Shown: positions 18,163 to 27,417 of the stretch, one piece after another
How positions within the stretch are numbered: position 1 is the stretch's first letter
Layout: each line of letters begins with the position of its first letter
NCBI GenBank assembly: GCA_015064295.1
Contig: SVSM01000003.1
Span: 6,942 to 70,941, forward strand
Direction: 5' to 3'
DNA: 64,000 nucleotides
Source: Oscillospiraceae bacterium
GTDB lineage: Bacteria > Bacillota > Clostridia > Oscillospirales > CAG-272
Position numbers and translations under genes: made by a program
Notes under the pieces: model-generated
Database searches by the model: none
What the model was told of the DNA's origin: nothing
The model's input: only the letters and a program-made list of their open reading frames with translations

Positions 18163-18894
18163 TTATTCTTCGTTGTTTTCCCAGTTGTGGTAGACGTTCT
18201 GAACGTCGTCGTTTTCATCCAGCTTTTCCAGGAGCAGGTTCATGTTCTTCACGTCGTCCTCATTTTCCAGCGTGATGTAGTTGGAGGGGATCTTGTCCTT
18301 CTCGGCAGAGGCGATCTTATAGCCCTTGCTCTCCAATTCCGCACGGACGGCAGAGAGATCCTCCGGCAGGGTGTAGATCTCGAAGGCCTCTTCCTCGGCC
18401 AGGAAATCCTCGGCGCCCGATTCCAGAGCGTCCTCCATCAGCTTATCCTCGTCCACCGAGCCGTCGTTCTCAATGACGATCACGCCCTTGTCGGTGAACA
18501 GGTAGCCCACGCATCCGCTGGTGCCCATGTTTCCGCCGTACTTATCAAAGAAGTGACGAACCTCGGCGGCGGTGCGGTTGCGGTTGTCGGTGGCGGTCTC
18601 TACGATGACGGCGACACCGGAGGGGCCGTAGCCCTCATAGGTGATCTCCTCGTAGACGGCGGCATCGGCGGCCGAGGCCTTCTTGATGGCGCGGTCAATG
18701 TTATCGTTGGGGACGTTGTTGTCCTTGGCCTTGGCGATCAGGTCGCGGAGGCGGGAGTTAGAGGCGGGATCGGGGCCGCCCTCTTTCACCGCGATGGCGA
18801 TCTCCTTGCCGATCTTGGTGAACACCGAAGCTCTTTGGGCGTCGGTCTTCTCCTTCTTGTGCATAATATTCTTCCATTTGCTATGTCCGGACAT
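18163..18894 (-). CDS. yebC: YebC/PmpR-family protein
   Basis: MSGHSKW start, YEGYGPSG, TDNRNRT, DDVQNVYHN. Confidence 0.96.
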   Translation of the reverse strand: MSGHSKWKNIMHKKEKTDAQRASVFTKIGKEIAIAVKEGGPDPASNSRLRDLIAKAKDNNVPNDNIDRAIKKASAADAAVYEEITYEGYGPSGVAVIVETATDNRNRTAAEVRHFFDKYGGNMGTSGCVGYLFTDKGVIVIENDGSVDEDKLMEDALESGAEDFLAEEEAFEIYTLPEDLSAVRAELESKGYKIASAEKDKIPSNYITLENEDDVKNMNLLLEKLDENDDVQNVYHNWENNEE

Positions 18895-18910
18895 GAGAAC
18901 GAATCCTTTC

Positions 18911-19152
18911 TTGGGGCTCTGCCCCAAACCCCGCTTAAAAACTTCTTGAAAGAAGTTTTTAAGAATTTCAAGAACCTTGAAATGTCGAAAACTTCGTTTT
19001 CGACGGGGTGTCATTGTTAGATTTTCTTGCCGAAAACGCAGTTTTCGGCCATTAAAAGTTTTTGAAGATTCCGCAGATAATTTGCGAAGCAAATTTTCTG
19101 CAGAAACATTTTTTCAAAAAATTTCTTTGGTGGGGTGCGGGGCAAAGCCCCG
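18911..19152. repeat. Inverted pair of three-hairpin repeats, copies B1 (+, 18911-19004) and B2 (-, 19029-19152)
   Basis: Same HP1-linker-HP2-HP3 layout as copy A; B2 carries an extra hairpin (19073-19101) and begins immediately after the argS stop codon. Confidence 0.85.
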
Positions 19153-20898
19153 TTATATTTTAGGCGTCTTCTTCAGACAGATCAGGCCGAAGGCGTTGCC
19201 GAGGACGGTCTTGGTGGCCTCGGTCAGCTCCACACGGAAGGCACGGGCCTCGGGGGATTCGGCGGTCACGATATGGCAATCGTGGTAGAAGCGGTTAAAG
19301 GCACCGCAGACATCGAGAATGAAGCGGGTGATCACCATGGGCTCGCTGTCGCGGATGGCGTCCTTGACCTTTTCTCCAAAGAGGGACAGGATACGGATGA
19401 GGGAGGACTCTGCCTCCACGGGAGCATACCCCTTCGAAGCACCTGCCGGGGGCAGACCGCCTGCCTTTTCGATGATGGAGCAGCAACGGGCATAGGTGTA
19501 CTGGGCGTAGGGGCCGGTATTGCCCTCAAAGGAGAGGGCGTCGTCAAGGGAGAAGTCGTTATCCTTGATACGGCTGTTGGTGAGGTAATAGAAGACGATG
19601 GCACCGACGCCGACGGCCTCGGCCACCTCCTCCTTGTTTTCCAGGTCGGGGTTCTTTTCCTCCATGATGGCCCGCACCTTATCGATGGCCATGGCAAAGA
19701 GGTCCTTCAGCAGGATGACGTTGCCGGTACGGGTGGCCAGCTTGGCGCCGCCGATGCTGACGGTTCCGTAGGGAATATGCACCAGCTCACCGTACCATTC
19801 GTAGCCCATGAGCTCCAGCACCTTGAACCACTGCTGGAAGTGTAGGATCTGCTGGTTGGAGGTGACGTACATACATTTATCGAATTGATAGGTCTCCTTG
19901 CGGTAGACGGCGGCGGCGATGTCACGGGTGGGGTAGAGGGTGGAGCCGTCCCGCTTCAGAATGAGGCAAGGGGGCATTTTATATTCCGACAGGTCTACGA
20001 TGGAGGCGCCGTCGTCGATCTTCAGAAGGTCGCGGTCACGCAGACGCTGTACCTGAGCCGGCATCTTATCGGTGTAGAAGCTCTCGCCGGCGTAGGAATC
20101 GAAGGTAATGCCGAGCTGCTTGTAGGTGCGCTCGTACTCCCGGAGACTGATCTCCACGAACCATTTCCAGAGGGCGATGTTCTCCTCGTCGCCGATCTCC
20201 ATCTTATGGAACTCGTCGCGGGACTGCTGGGCCAGATCGTCACGGGCGGGGATGCCCTTTTCCTCGTCGCCCTTGATTACGTTGTTGATGCGGACGTAAA
20301 GCTCCACCAGCTTATCGATGCCGCCCTCCTCGATCTGGGTCTTGTCCCCCCAGAGCTTGTAGGCCACGATGAGCTTACCGAACTGGGTACCCCAGTCGCC
20401 CAGGTGGTTGATGCCGACGGTCTTCCAACCGGTGTATTCGTGAAGCTTCTTCAAGGAATGGCCGATGACGGTGGTGCCGAGATGGCCGATGTGGAAGGGC
20501 TTGGCCACGTTGGGGGAGCTGTAATCGATGACGAAGGTCTTGCCGTCGCCGTCGTGGCTCTTTCCGTAGTCGTCGCCCTCGGCGAGGACCTGCTTCAGTA
20601 CCTTGTCGGTAAAATAGGTATCGTCGATGACGAAATTGAGATACCCGCCCGCCGTCTTGACCTCTTTAAGGTAAGGCACCTCGCCCAGCGTCTCGGAAAG
20701 AGAGGCGGCGATGGCAGGAGGCGCCTTGCGCAGGGCGCGGCTCAGCTTGAAGCAGGGGAAGGCCAGGTCTCCCATGGTCTTGTCGGGGGGATATTCCAGC
20801 ATCTCCCGCAGCTCGGTTGTATCGGGGGCCGTGCCGGGCGCCGTCTGCTCGATGGCGTCGCGGATGGCGTTTGCTAAGGTTTCTTTGAACTGTAACAC
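19153..20898 (-). CDS. argS: Arginine--tRNA ligase
   Basis: DYSSPNVAKPFHIGH, HLGDWGTQFG, KLATRTG, GNTGPYAQY; GGAGG RBS before GTG 20898. Confidence 0.97.
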   Translation of the reverse strand: MLQFKETLANAIRDAIEQTAPGTAPDTTELREMLEYPPDKTMGDLAFPCFKLSRALRKAPPAIAASLSETLGEVPYLKEVKTAGGYLNFVIDDTYFTDKVLKQVLAEGDDYGKSHDGDGKTFVIDYSSPNVAKPFHIGHLGTTVIGHSLKKLHEYTGWKTVGINHLGDWGTQFGKLIVAYKLWGDKTQIEEGGIDKLVELYVRINNVIKGDEEKGIPARDDLAQQSRDEFHKMEIGDEENIALWKWFVEISLREYERTYKQLGITFDSYAGESFYTDKMPAQVQRLRDRDLLKIDDGASIVDLSEYKMPPCLILKRDGSTLYPTRDIAAAVYRKETYQFDKCMYVTSNQQILHFQQWFKVLELMGYEWYGELVHIPYGTVSIGGAKLATRTGNVILLKDLFAMAIDKVRAIMEEKNPDLENKEEVAEAVGVGAIVFYYLTNSRIKDNDFSLDDALSFEGNTGPYAQYTYARCCSIIEKAGGLPPAGASKGYAPVEAESSLIRILSLFGEKVKDAIRDSEPMVITRFILDVCGAFNRFYHDCHIVTAESPEARAFRVELTEATKTVLGNAFGLICLKKTPKI

Positions 20899-21042
20899 TT
20901 TATACCTCCGTGTATAAGCACACTTATCTTTATTGTACCCCATTTTCTTCCTTTTGTCAAATGGTTTTTCGGGTTTTTCCCGAAGATTTTCCCGGCTTTT
21001 GGGGCATGGCGCGGAGGAGAATAAAATTTTTAAAAAATCCTC

Positions 21043-21094
21043 TTGACAAAGGGGGATGGTTCTGCTATAATGTGTAAGGCGTTTTGCTTTACAC
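21043..21094 (+). promoter_or_regulatory. Sigma-A promoter of ylxM-ffh with downstream palindrome
   Basis: TTGACA-17-TATAAT (21043-21071), then gtgtaaggc-gtttt-gctttacac. Confidence 0.8.
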
Positions 21095-21109
21095 CGTTTT
21101 CGGAGGCGC

Positions 21110-21448
21110 ATGATGGCGAAGGATCTTAGTATGTCGCTCCTTCTCGACTTCTACGGCGAGGTTCTGTCGGAGCCTCAGCGGGAGGCGATGGATCTTTTTT
21201 ACAACGGCGACCTCTCCCTTGCCGAGATCGCCGAGATCACCGGCATCACACGCCAGGGCGTGCGGGACCGCATCGTCAAGGGCGAGCAGATCGTCAGCGA
21301 GCTGGAGGCCAAGCTGGGCCTGGCGGGACGCTTCGGAAACGTGACCAAAACCGTGAACTACGTCGTCGAACGGCTGAACGACATCGAAAAGACCTATCAT
21401 CTGTCGGTGGACGACATCCGTGAGGCCGTCAAGGGTCTCGATACCTGA
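21110..21448 (+). CDS. ylxM: YlxM-family HTH protein
   Basis: LLLDFYGEVLSEPQ, DLSLAEIAE..GITRQGV.D; upstream of ffh. Confidence 0.92.
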   Translation: MMAKDLSMSLLLDFYGEVLSEPQREAMDLFYNGDLSLAEIAEITGITRQGVRDRIVKGEQIVSELEAKLGLAGRFGNVTKTVNYVVERLNDIEKTYHLSVDDIREAVKGLDT

Positions 21449-21476
21449 TACCAAGAAAAAAGGCAGGAGCTATCCC

Positions 21477-22823
21477 ATGCCCATGTTTCAGAACCTGACC
21501 GAAAAGATCAACGCGGCATTCAAAAAGTTTAAGAATAAAGGCAAGCTGACCGAGGAGGACGTCAAGGTCGGTATGCGGGAGATCAAGCTGGCGCTGCTGG
21601 AGGCAGACGTCAACTTCAAGGTCGTCCGCGACTTCATTAAGAAGGTCACCGAGCGCGCCGTCGGCACCGAGGTACTGGAAAGCCTGCTCCCGGCTCAGCA
21701 GATCGTCAAGATCGTAAACGAAGAGCTGACAGCCTTGATGGGCGGCGAGGGCGAGCGCATCCGCCTGGCCTCCCGTCCCCCCACGGTGATTATGATGGTG
21801 GGCCTGCAGGGCGCCGGTAAGACTACCCACTGCGGTAAGCTGGCCGGTATGTTCAAGAAGCAGGGCAGACGCCCGCTGCTCGTGGCCTGTGACGTCTACC
21901 GTCCCGCCGCTGTCAAGCAGCTGGAGGTGGTGGGCGGACAGCTGGAGATCCCGGTGTTCCAGATGGGCACCGAGGTGTCCCCCGTTACCATCGCCAAGGC
22001 GGGTATTGAGCACGCCAAGCAATACGGCCACGACGTGGTCTTTATCGATACCGCCGGTCGTCTCCACATCGATGAGACGATGATGGAGGAGCTGAAGACC
22101 ATCAAGGCCGAGGTAGAGCCCCAGGAGATCCTCCTGGTGGTGGACGCCATGCTGGGTCAGGACGCCGTCAACGTGGCCGAAAGCTTTAACGGCCTTCTTG
22201 ACATCACCGGCGTGGTGCTGACCAAGCTGGACGGCGATACCCGAGGCGGTGCCGCCCTGTCGGTGCGCTACGTCACCGGTAAGCCCATCAAGTACGTGGG
22301 CGTCGGGGAAAAGCTGGACGCCGTCGAGCCCTTCTATCCCGACCGTATGGCCTCCCGTATTCTCGGTATGGGCGATATGCTCTCCCTCATCGAAAAGGCC
22401 GAGGCCGCCTACGATGAAAAGCAGGCCAAGGAGCTGGAGGAAAAGATCCGCCGTTCCCAGTTTGATCTGGAGGATTTCCTCGACCAGTTTCGGCAGATCC
22501 GCAAAATGGGACCGCTGAAGGATATTCTGGCGTCGATCCCCGGCATGGATACCGCCGCCTTGCAGAACGCTCAGTTCGACGAGCACGCCATCGACCGCAT
22601 GGAAGCTATTATCCTCTCCATGACGCCGGAGGAGCGCCGTAAGCCCTCCCTCATCAACGTGCCCCGCAAGAAGCGGATCGCCGCCGGCTCGGGGAACAAG
22701 ATCGAGGACGTCAACCGTCTCCTTAAGCAGTTTGAACAGACCTGCAAGATGATGAAGGAAATGTCAAAGGGCCAGGTCAAGCGGATGATGAAGAACAAGG
22801 GCAAGCGCGGATTCCGCCGCTGA
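21477..22823 (+). CDS. ffh: Signal recognition particle protein
   Basis: ALLEADVN, GLQGAGKTT, DTAGR, TKLDGDTRGGAALS, M domain. Confidence 0.98.
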   Translation: MPMFQNLTEKINAAFKKFKNKGKLTEEDVKVGMREIKLALLEADVNFKVVRDFIKKVTERAVGTEVLESLLPAQQIVKIVNEELTALMGGEGERIRLASRPPTVIMMVGLQGAGKTTHCGKLAGMFKKQGRRPLLVACDVYRPAAVKQLEVVGGQLEIPVFQMGTEVSPVTIAKAGIEHAKQYGHDVVFIDTAGRLHIDETMMEELKTIKAEVEPQEILLVVDAMLGQDAVNVAESFNGLLDITGVVLTKLDGDTRGGAALSVRYVTGKPIKYVGVGEKLDAVEPFYPDRMASRILGMGDMLSLIEKAEAAYDEKQAKELEEKIRRSQFDLEDFLDQFRQIRKMGPLKDILASIPGMDTAALQNAQFDEHAIDRMEAIILSMTPEERRKPSLINVPRKKRIAAGSGNKIEDVNRLLKQFEQTCKMMKEMSKGQVKRMMKNKGKRGFRR

Positions 22824-22910
22824 TGCCGTCAAAAGGAAAACACAAGCGTCAAAACGCTTTTGTCTAAAATACAAAAAATAAACTATTTCAATTTTTGGAG
22901 GAAACAAATC

Positions 22911-23156
22911 ATGGCAGTAAAAATGAGACTCAGAAGAATGGGACAGAAGAAGGCTCCCTTCTACCGCATCGTTGTCGCCGATTCCCGTTCTCCCCGCGAC
23001 GGCCGCTTCATCGAGCAGATCGGACACTACAATCCCATGACCGATCCCGCTGAGGTCGTGATCGACGCCGAAAAGGCCACCAAGTGGATCAAGAACGGCG
23101 CTCAGCCTACCGATACCGTTCGCGCTCTTCTCAAGAAGCAGAACATCATCGGGTGA
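22911..23156 (+). CDS. rpsP: 30S ribosomal protein S16
   Basis: [35 protein letters not shown]. Confidence 0.98.
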   Translation: MAVKMRLRRMGQKKAPFYRIVVADSRSPRDGRFIEQIGHYNPMTDPAEVVIDAEKATKWIKNGAQPTDTVRALLKKQNIIG

Positions 23157-23161
23157 TAAAA

Positions 23162-23401
23162 ATGCCGGACTTGAAGCAGCTTCTTGCGGATATGTCCCGT
23201 GCGATCGTCGATTATCCCGACAAGATCGCCATCGACGAGCAGGATGAGGGCGATACCGTCGTCTTTACCCTGACGGTGGCCGAATCGGATATGGGAAAGA
23301 TCATCGGCAAGCACGGCAAAAACGCGAGATCGATTCGCACCGTCATGAAGGCCGCCGCCAATACCGTCGGCAAAAAAGTCATCGTCGATATTGCGGAGTA
23401 A
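23162..23401 (+). CDS. khpA: KH-domain RNA-binding protein
   Basis: DMGKIIGKHGKNARSIRT GxxG KH motif; follows rpsP. Confidence 0.93.
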   Translation: MPDLKQLLADMSRAIVDYPDKIAIDEQDEGDTVVFTLTVAESDMGKIIGKHGKNARSIRTVMKAAANTVGKKVIVDIAE

Positions 23402-23418
23402 ATGCCGGTCAAAAAAAA

Positions 23419-23466
23419 CAGAAAACCCTTTCTTTACCGAAGCGTAAGGAAAGGGTTTTTTCTTGT
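23419..23466. terminator. Bidirectional terminator
   Basis: aaaaccctttctttac-cgaagc-gtaaggaaagggtttttt. Confidence 0.85.
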
Positions 23467-23468
23467 CT

Positions 23469-24212
23469 TCACATCCCCGCCACGAACAGGACGGCCAGAA
23501 GCAGCAGAGCGTCTCGGCAGTCGGTCTCGCCGTCGTCCTGCTCGTGAAGGAGAAAGAGGAGCAGGCCCAGGAGGAGCAGATCGTCCTGCCGCAGAGCAAG
23601 GATCGAAAAGGGCAGGGGGGAGTGGCTTTGGGTGCCGTCGGCGGATACGGCTTCGGAGGGTGCGGAATCGGGAAACGAGCGCGCAGCTCCTTCCGATGGC
23701 TCTTTTCCGTCAAGCAGATCGGTAAAAGCACCGAGGGGAGGGCTGCCGAGGCTACCGAGGGGAGGGTTGCCGGGACTGCCGAGGGGAGGGTTGCCAAGAC
23801 CGCCGAAGGGAGGGGCTCCCAGCGGATCCCGACGGTCATCGGGGGAGGGCTTGGCTTCCTCGGGACGGCGGGGATCGTAATCGGGCGGTGTCGGCATAGA
23901 GGGCGCCGTCATGACGGGATTCCGCCTGCCCGAGAAGCGAGGGCTGCTCGGTCTTGCCCGGCGAGGCGGACGGATCCCTTGGGGCGGTGCCTCTCCCGGA
24001 GAGGGCCGGCCGGCAGGAGGGCTCGGCGGCGTTGCGCCGGGCATGGGACTTTGCTCCGACGAGAGGGGCGGGGTGGGTACGACGGGCGGCTCGGGACGGG
24101 GCGGCGCAGGCTCCGGCTCGGGCTGGGGGATCACCAGGGCCGTTCCGCCGTAATCGGGGGGGATGGGGCGGGAGGTAATGCCGGGGCGGCTTCCGTAGCT
24201 TCGTGTGTACAT
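23469..24212 (-). CDS. Proline-rich hypothetical protein with hydrophobic C-terminus
   Basis: AAGGAG RBS, follows upstream stop by 4 nt; N-terminal IPPDYGGTA, C-terminal DDLLLLGLLLFLL..D..LLLLAVLF. Confidence 0.75.
   Translation of the reverse strand: MYTRSYGSRPGITSRPIPPDYGGTALVIPQPEPEPAPPRPEPPVVPTPPLSSEQSPMPGATPPSPPAGRPSPGEAPPQGIRPPRRARPSSPRFSGRRNPVMTAPSMPTPPDYDPRRPEEAKPSPDDRRDPLGAPPFGGLGNPPLGSPGNPPLGSLGSPPLGAFTDLLDGKEPSEGAARSFPDSAPSEAVSADGTQSHSPLPFSILALRQDDLLLLGLLLFLLHEQDDGETDCRDALLLLAVLFVAGM
23731..23820. repeat. In-frame 24-bp tandem repeat, about 3.7 units
   Basis: ccgaggggaggg(c/t)tgcc units at 23731, 23755, 23779, 23803; encodes GNPPLGSP-like octapeptides. Confidence 0.85.
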
Positions 24213-24216
24213 GCCA

Positions 24217-24588
24217 TCACTCCTTAAAGAGTTTATTCAGATCCGCCAGCTTCAGCATATTCAGCATCTTGACCAGACTGTCGGCGGTGCGGCGGCGTTC
24301 GGGGGAGAGATAGGGGCGAAGGGCCTTGATGAGAGCGATGCGCTCTCCGTTCCCCGACTGCAGAGAGGAGAGGGGCAGGGGGAAGGCCGATGCCTCCCGA
24401 CCCTCCCCTGCGGGGGCATCGGAGGCTCCGCTTCCCTTGGGGGCGGAAGCGGCCTCCCCGACGGCAGGCGGTACCTGTGGGGTCGGTGCTTGACCTCCCA
24501 TGAGGTTCTGCGCTACCCCCATCAATTTTTCCATGGCAGAGGGATCCGCCAGGACCCCCTGCAGCATTTCCGAAAGATTTCCTTCCAT
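24217..24588 (-). CDS. Hypothetical protein
   Basis: GGAGG RBS; VLADPSAMEKL and RIALIKALRPYLSPERR segments; operonic spacing. Confidence 0.8.
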   Translation of the reverse strand: MEGNLSEMLQGVLADPSAMEKLMGVAQNLMGGQAPTPQVPPAVGEAASAPKGSGASDAPAGEGREASAFPLPLSSLQSGNGERIALIKALRPYLSPERRRTADSLVKMLNMLKLADLNKLFKE

Positions 24589-24597
24589 GATGCCTCC

Positions 24598-24840
24598 TTA
24601 CAGCTTCAGCTTACTTAGCAGTTCTTTTTGCTTTTCGGGCGTGATGCCCTTTAACTGATTTTGCAGCTCGCTCTCCGACATCGCCGCAAATTTGCGGCGA
24701 ATGAGAGCCGCGTGATTCTGCGCCATGCGCTTTTGACTTTGGGAGGCGCCCAGGGCGTCTGCGATCTCCCCGATGGCGTAGCGGAGCTGGTCGGGGCTTA
24801 AGTTCTTTAACTTATCTACGGTTTCCTTATTGATTTCCAT
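24598..24840 (-). CDS. Small helical hypothetical protein
   Basis: GAAAGGA RBS; first of three tightly spaced minus-strand genes. Confidence 0.75.
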   Translation of the reverse strand: MEINKETVDKLKNLSPDQLRYAIGEIADALGASQSQKRMAQNHAALIRRKFAAMSESELQNQLKGITPEKQKELLSKLKL

Positions 24841-24951
24841 AGCGATATGCCGTTCCTTTCACATTGTTACCTGCAAATTTACAGAATTGACTGGTAATCG
24901 TTATCATTGTATGCTATAATGGAGGATAGGTGACAGACGGGAGGTGTGACG

Positions 24952-25455
24952 ATGCGGATTCTGGTCTTTTCCGACTCCCACGGGGAGGTTCGGCGCATGA
25001 AAAACCTGTTGGCGCGGGCCGAGGTGGATGCCGTCCTGTTTCTCGGAGACGGGATACGGGATTTTGAGGCCTTGCAGGAGGACTACCGCGGCAAGGCGGT
25101 GTTCCTGGCGGTGCGGGGCAACTGCGATTTCCTCTGCGATTATCCCGCCGAGCGCATCGTCTCCTACGAGGGCGTCCGCATTCTGATGCTGCACGGCCAC
25201 ACCCGAAACGTCAAGCACGGCACCGAGACGCTGGAGGCCTACGCCAGAGGACAGGGGATCGACCTGGTCCTCTACGGCCATACCCACCGTGCCGAGGACC
25301 GCTACCTTCCGCCGGAGAACGGAGAGGGGAAGCCCCTCCGGCTCTTTAACCCCGGGAGCATCGGCGCCTCTTACGGAGAAGGGCCGCGCTTTGGGTATCT
25401 GGATTTGCGAAACGGTCAGGTTGTCAGTAACGGCGCCGTTTATGAGGAGCTATGA
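24952..25455 (+). CDS. YfcE/MJ0936-family metallophosphoesterase
   Basis: SDSHG, GD, RGNCD, HGH, GHTH, NPGS. Confidence 0.93.
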   Translation: MRILVFSDSHGEVRRMKNLLARAEVDAVLFLGDGIRDFEALQEDYRGKAVFLAVRGNCDFLCDYPAERIVSYEGVRILMLHGHTRNVKHGTETLEAYARGQGIDLVLYGHTHRAEDRYLPPENGEGKPLRLFNPGSIGASYGEGPRFGYLDLRNGQVVSNGAVYEEL

Positions 25456-25456
25456 G

Positions 25457-25957
25457 ATGATATATCGTTCGGAACGAAAAAAAGGAACCGCCACGGTGCT
25501 GGCGGTCATGCTGCTTTTCATCGCCGCCGTCTGCGGGTGCTTCTCGGCCCTGGGATGGGGGCTTAAGGGTGTTTGGCAGATCGTCATGCTTCTCTGTGTC
25601 GTGACGGTCATTCAGATCGGCCAGCGTTATCTTCTGTCGGGATACGAGTACATCGTGGATCCCTTGGATGAGCTGTTATCCTACAACCGCCTGACGGTGA
25701 TCCGCACGGTGGGGCAGCGGCGGACGTCGGTCTTTACCGAGCCGCTGGGGGGCCTAACGCAGGTGATCCCCTACTGCAAGACCGGGGCCTTTATCGCCGC
25801 ATACGGCCGGCCTGTGCGACGGATGGATTTTTGCCCGGACCTGTTCCCCCGTGAATCCTATTTGCTTTTGTTTGAGGTCAACGGCGAGCTTTCGACGGTG
25901 CGGCTTCAATGCGACGCCGCCTTTGCCGAGGCTTTGCGGGAACGGGCGGGGGTATAA
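25457..25957 (+). CDS. Hypothetical membrane protein
   Basis: GAGGAG RBS, two N-terminal TM helices followed by YEYIV. Confidence 0.75.
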   Translation: MIYRSERKKGTATVLAVMLLFIAAVCGCFSALGWGLKGVWQIVMLLCVVTVIQIGQRYLLSGYEYIVDPLDELLSYNRLTVIRTVGQRRTSVFTEPLGGLTQVIPYCKTGAFIAAYGRPVRRMDFCPDLFPRESYLLLFEVNGELSTVRLQCDAAFAEALRERAGV

Positions 25958-26161
25958 GAGGCGTATTCTTCCCGAAAAACCGCCGTTTTTTCACAAAACC
26001 CGCCGAAAAACCCGCAAAAAGGGCTTGTCATGAGGGCGGTTTCTGTGATATACTGTAAAGAGATGCTTTTCCGTCGGTTTTCGACTGAAGGGCTTGTCAA
26101 CCGGGGGAAACTCCCGGTGACCGATCCCCAAACCATGAATTGCCGAAGAGGAGATGACCCT

Positions 26162-26650
26162 ATGGAACGCGTATCCAAGATCAACTACTATCTCGACATC
26201 GCCGAAACGGTTGCCAAGCGGTGCACCTGTCTGCGCCGTCATTTCGGTGCCATCATCGTCAAGGACGATTGCATCGTGTCTACCGGCTACAACGGCGCTC
26301 CCCGCGGTCGGAAGAACTGCTCCGACCTGAACTTCTGTATGCGGGACAAGCTCAATATCCCCCGTGGGGAACGGTATGAGATGTGCCGCTCCATCCACGC
26401 CGAGGCCAACGCCATTATTGCTGCCTCCCGGGAAGAGATGCTGGGGTCTACCCTGTATATGACCTGCGTCGATCCCAAGACGGGAGAGCCGGTGCCCGGC
26501 ACCTCCAGCTGTGCCATGTGCAAGCGCCAGGTCATCAACGCCGGCATCGCCCGGGTGGTGGTCCGTGATACCAAGGAGGACTACCGCATCATCGAGGTGT
26601 CCGACTGGATCGAAAACGACGACAGCTTAAGCGGCGAGTTCGGATATTAA
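26162..26650 (+). CDS. dCMP deaminase-family protein (ComEB-like)
   Basis: TCLRRHFGA, STGYNGAP, HAEANAI, SCAMC zinc motif. Confidence 0.93.
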   Translation: MERVSKINYYLDIAETVAKRCTCLRRHFGAIIVKDDCIVSTGYNGAPRGRKNCSDLNFCMRDKLNIPRGERYEMCRSIHAEANAIIAASREEMLGSTLYMTCVDPKTGEPVPGTSSCAMCKRQVINAGIARVVVRDTKEDYRIIEVSDWIENDDSLSGEFGY

Positions 26651-26661
26651 GAGGTCACATT

Positions 26662-27417
26662 TTGGGTAAAAAGAAGCGCAATCCGGCCAAAAAACAGGCC
26701 TTAAAGGAACAAAAACAGAAGAAAAAGGCCCGTGACCGTGCGGCTCTCCTGATCGTATCGGCGGCCACGCTCCTGGCGCTTGTCGCGGTGCTGATCGCGG
26801 CATCCCTGCCGCGTTACGTTAAAATCAAGCCTACCGAGGACGGGCGGTATTACGATACCGGGACGGGGCTCTATTATCTGGCTGCCCCCTCCAACTACGA
26901 GCCGGTCCGCTATTCCGTCTACAAGCCCTACGGAAAGGGCGGAGGAGATTTCTTCTATCCCATCACCGGACAGGATACCGCCAAGTGGCTGGCCCGTGAC
27001 GTCTACGGTATCTGCGAGGTGTATTATCAAGAGGATATTACCCTGCCCACCCTTGAGGTCTTCAAGCCCTCCACCATCCGCGTTTGCGTGGACGGGGAGA
27101 AGGTTGCCCAGGTGGTGGAGATCACCGATTCCGATCACGTAAAGCGGGTGGTGGACGCCGTGCTGAAAAACGAGGCGGTCACCCTTCCCACGGAAAGCAC
27201 GGCGGTCTATACCCTGCGGATCACGTCGTCGGAATATACCTGGCTCTATTACAACGTTGTATTCATGGTTACCAAAGACGGTAACTTCTACTACGACCGC
27301 AGCACCAAGAAGGCGGTAGCGGCCGGAACCCTGGTGGAGGAATACATCCAAAACGCCGTGAAGGAATACGAGACCGGAACGGATACCGGCTCCGGTACGG
27401 CGGAGGCGCCGACATGA
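26662..27417 (+). CDS. Hypothetical membrane-anchored protein
   Basis: GAGG RBS before TTG; basic N-terminus, one TM, host-like codon usage; overlaps rimI start. Confidence 0.75.
   Translation: MGKKKRNPAKKQALKEQKQKKKARDRAALLIVSAATLLALVAVLIAASLPRYVKIKPTEDGRYYDTGTGLYYLAAPSNYEPVRYSVYKPYGKGGGDFFYPITGQDTAKWLARDVYGICEVYYQEDITLPTLEVFKPSTIRVCVDGEKVAQVVEITDSDHVKRVVDAVLKNEAVTLPTESTAVYTLRITSSEYTWLYYNVVFMVTKDGNFYYDRSTKKAVAAGTLVEEYIQNAVKEYETGTDTGSGTAEAPT

Noticed and set aside
18895-19092. N-terminal extensions in the ORF track for yebC, tsaD, Rex-like, argS, secG and comEC
   Set aside because: They run through repeats or promoters; conserved N-termini and RBS positions support the shorter starts.
20899-20960. 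T-box leader for argS (and for thrC)
   Set aside because: The promoter lies only about 30 nt from the start codon, leaving no room, and no T-box motif is visible.
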